Shown piece by piece: positions 63,583-64,000 of a DNA stretch of 64,000 bases (positions are counted from its first letter, which is position 1; each line of letters opens with the position of its first letter). The stretch spans positions 76,616-140,615 of the forward strand of contig JAUVXV010000007.1 of the NCBI GenBank assembly GCA_030603365.1. The letters run 5' to 3'. This stretch comes from Candidatus Heimdallarchaeota archaeon (lineage in GTDB: Archaea; Asgardarchaeota; Heimdallarchaeia; Heimdallarchaeales; Heimdallarchaeaceae). Under the pieces are notes generated by a model. The model was not told the origin of the DNA and did not search any database. It saw only the letters and a list, made by a program, of their open reading frames with translations. The position numbers and the translations under genes are program-made.

Positions 63583-64000
63583 ATGAATTATCTTGATGTA
63601 GAAGATACTACTGAAAAAATTCTCTTCTTGGGATTATCACAATCTGGTAAAACATCTATAATTCAAGTAGTTTTTGAAGGAATTTTACCTGAAGCTACAA
63701 AAACCAATCAAGCTTCTGGCAGAGTAAGACAAAAGAAAGTTGACTTTTCAGGTAAAATCGTAAGTGCATTTGAGGTAGGAGGACAGATATCGTATCTAGA
63801 AGACACTTTTTCACTGTTTAAAGAAAGTGTATATTCAAATGTAAAATACATGTTTTTTATTTTAGATTCTTCACAGACAGATAGTTTCGAAAAAGCTCAG
63901 TATTATTATACACAAGCATGTAATAATGTGATTGAGTTCAATGACTCTGCCAAGATCATTTTATTTGCTCACAAATTCGACTTAGTGTCTGAAGATGAAC
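63583..64000 (+). CDS. Rag/Gtr-family small GTPase, N-terminal 139 codons (continues beyond the window)
   Basis: Manual translation gives MNYLDVEDTTEKILFLGLSQSGKTSIIQVVFEG... G1 is GLSQSGKTS and G3 is EVGGQ. G4 is HKFD (LFAHKFDLV), the HKxD variant characteristic of RagA/Gtr1 rather than NKxD. Confidence 0.8.
   Translation, partial: MNYLDVEDTTEKILFLGLSQSGKTSIIQVVFEGILPEATKTNQASGRVRQKKVDFSGKIVSAFEVGGQISYLEDTFSLFKESVYSNVKYMFFILDSSQTDSFEKAQYYYTQACNNVIEFNDSAKIILFAHKFDLVSEDE

Noticed and set aside
1-64000. CRISPR arrays, tRNA, rRNA and other structured RNA genes
   Set aside because: I saw no regularly spaced direct repeats with unique spacers. I found no GTTCRANYC-type T-loop in a tRNA-like context and no rRNA-like GC-rich blocks. 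All long non-coding gaps are AT-rich promoter or terminator-like sequence. A computational scan (tRNAscan-SE, Infernal, a CRISPR finder) is still needed to exclude small RNAs.

Overview
This is a 64-kb, AT-rich, densely coding archaeal chromosome segment with about 60 genes on both strands. I found no rRNA, tRNA or CRISPR array by eye. The lineage call is inference only: the gene content points to an Asgard (Loki/Promethearchaeon-like) archaeon. That content includes an Arf-family and a Rag/Gtr-family small GTPase, at least five roadblock/longin-like modules, and two membrane-anchored RING-variant zinc-finger proteins. It also includes TTTAAATA-type TATA boxes, an archaemetzincin-like gene, a ferredoxin:thioredoxin-reductase-like gene, and a DUF134/NifX-like/MinD-ferredoxin cluster. 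The housekeeping and accessory genes I recognise are listed here.
- A solo TnpB (IS200/IS605-family) element lies next to a partial ERG4/ERG24 sterol-reductase-like gene at the left edge.
- A run of four same-strand genes encodes a saccharopine-dehydrogenase-like enzyme, a radical SAM enzyme, a Gfo/Idh/MocA oxidoreductase and a roadblock-like protein.
- There is an ABC-2 exporter pair.
- Two tandem tldD-pmbA protease pairs are present.
- Two TaqI/Eco57I-like N6-adenine DNA methyltransferases are present. One has its apparent start displaced by a 1-nt frame change.
- The peptidases are M19, DmpA/S58 and an archaemetzincin-like protein that lacks the HExxH histidines.
- The remaining recognisable genes are RNase III, an MFS transporter, an EamA transporter and an orphan OppB-like permease.

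The most interesting loci are these four.
- 13.9-19.8 kb: a tightly coupled operon (longin-like protein, Arf-like GTPase, 7-TM membrane protein) sits next to a pair of about 470-aa paralogues. These paralogues have a roadblock/longin N-terminus and a possible multi-longin or DENN-like architecture.
- 40.1-41.8 kb and 56.3-60.2 kb: a three-member family of large polytopic membrane proteins with no homology I can recognise.
- 27.0-29.3 kb: tandem TM-anchored zinc-ribbon plus RING-variant proteins.
- 63.6 kb: a Rag-like GTPase with the HKxD G4 motif.

All domain calls come from motif recognition in the translated ORFs. No database search was run.
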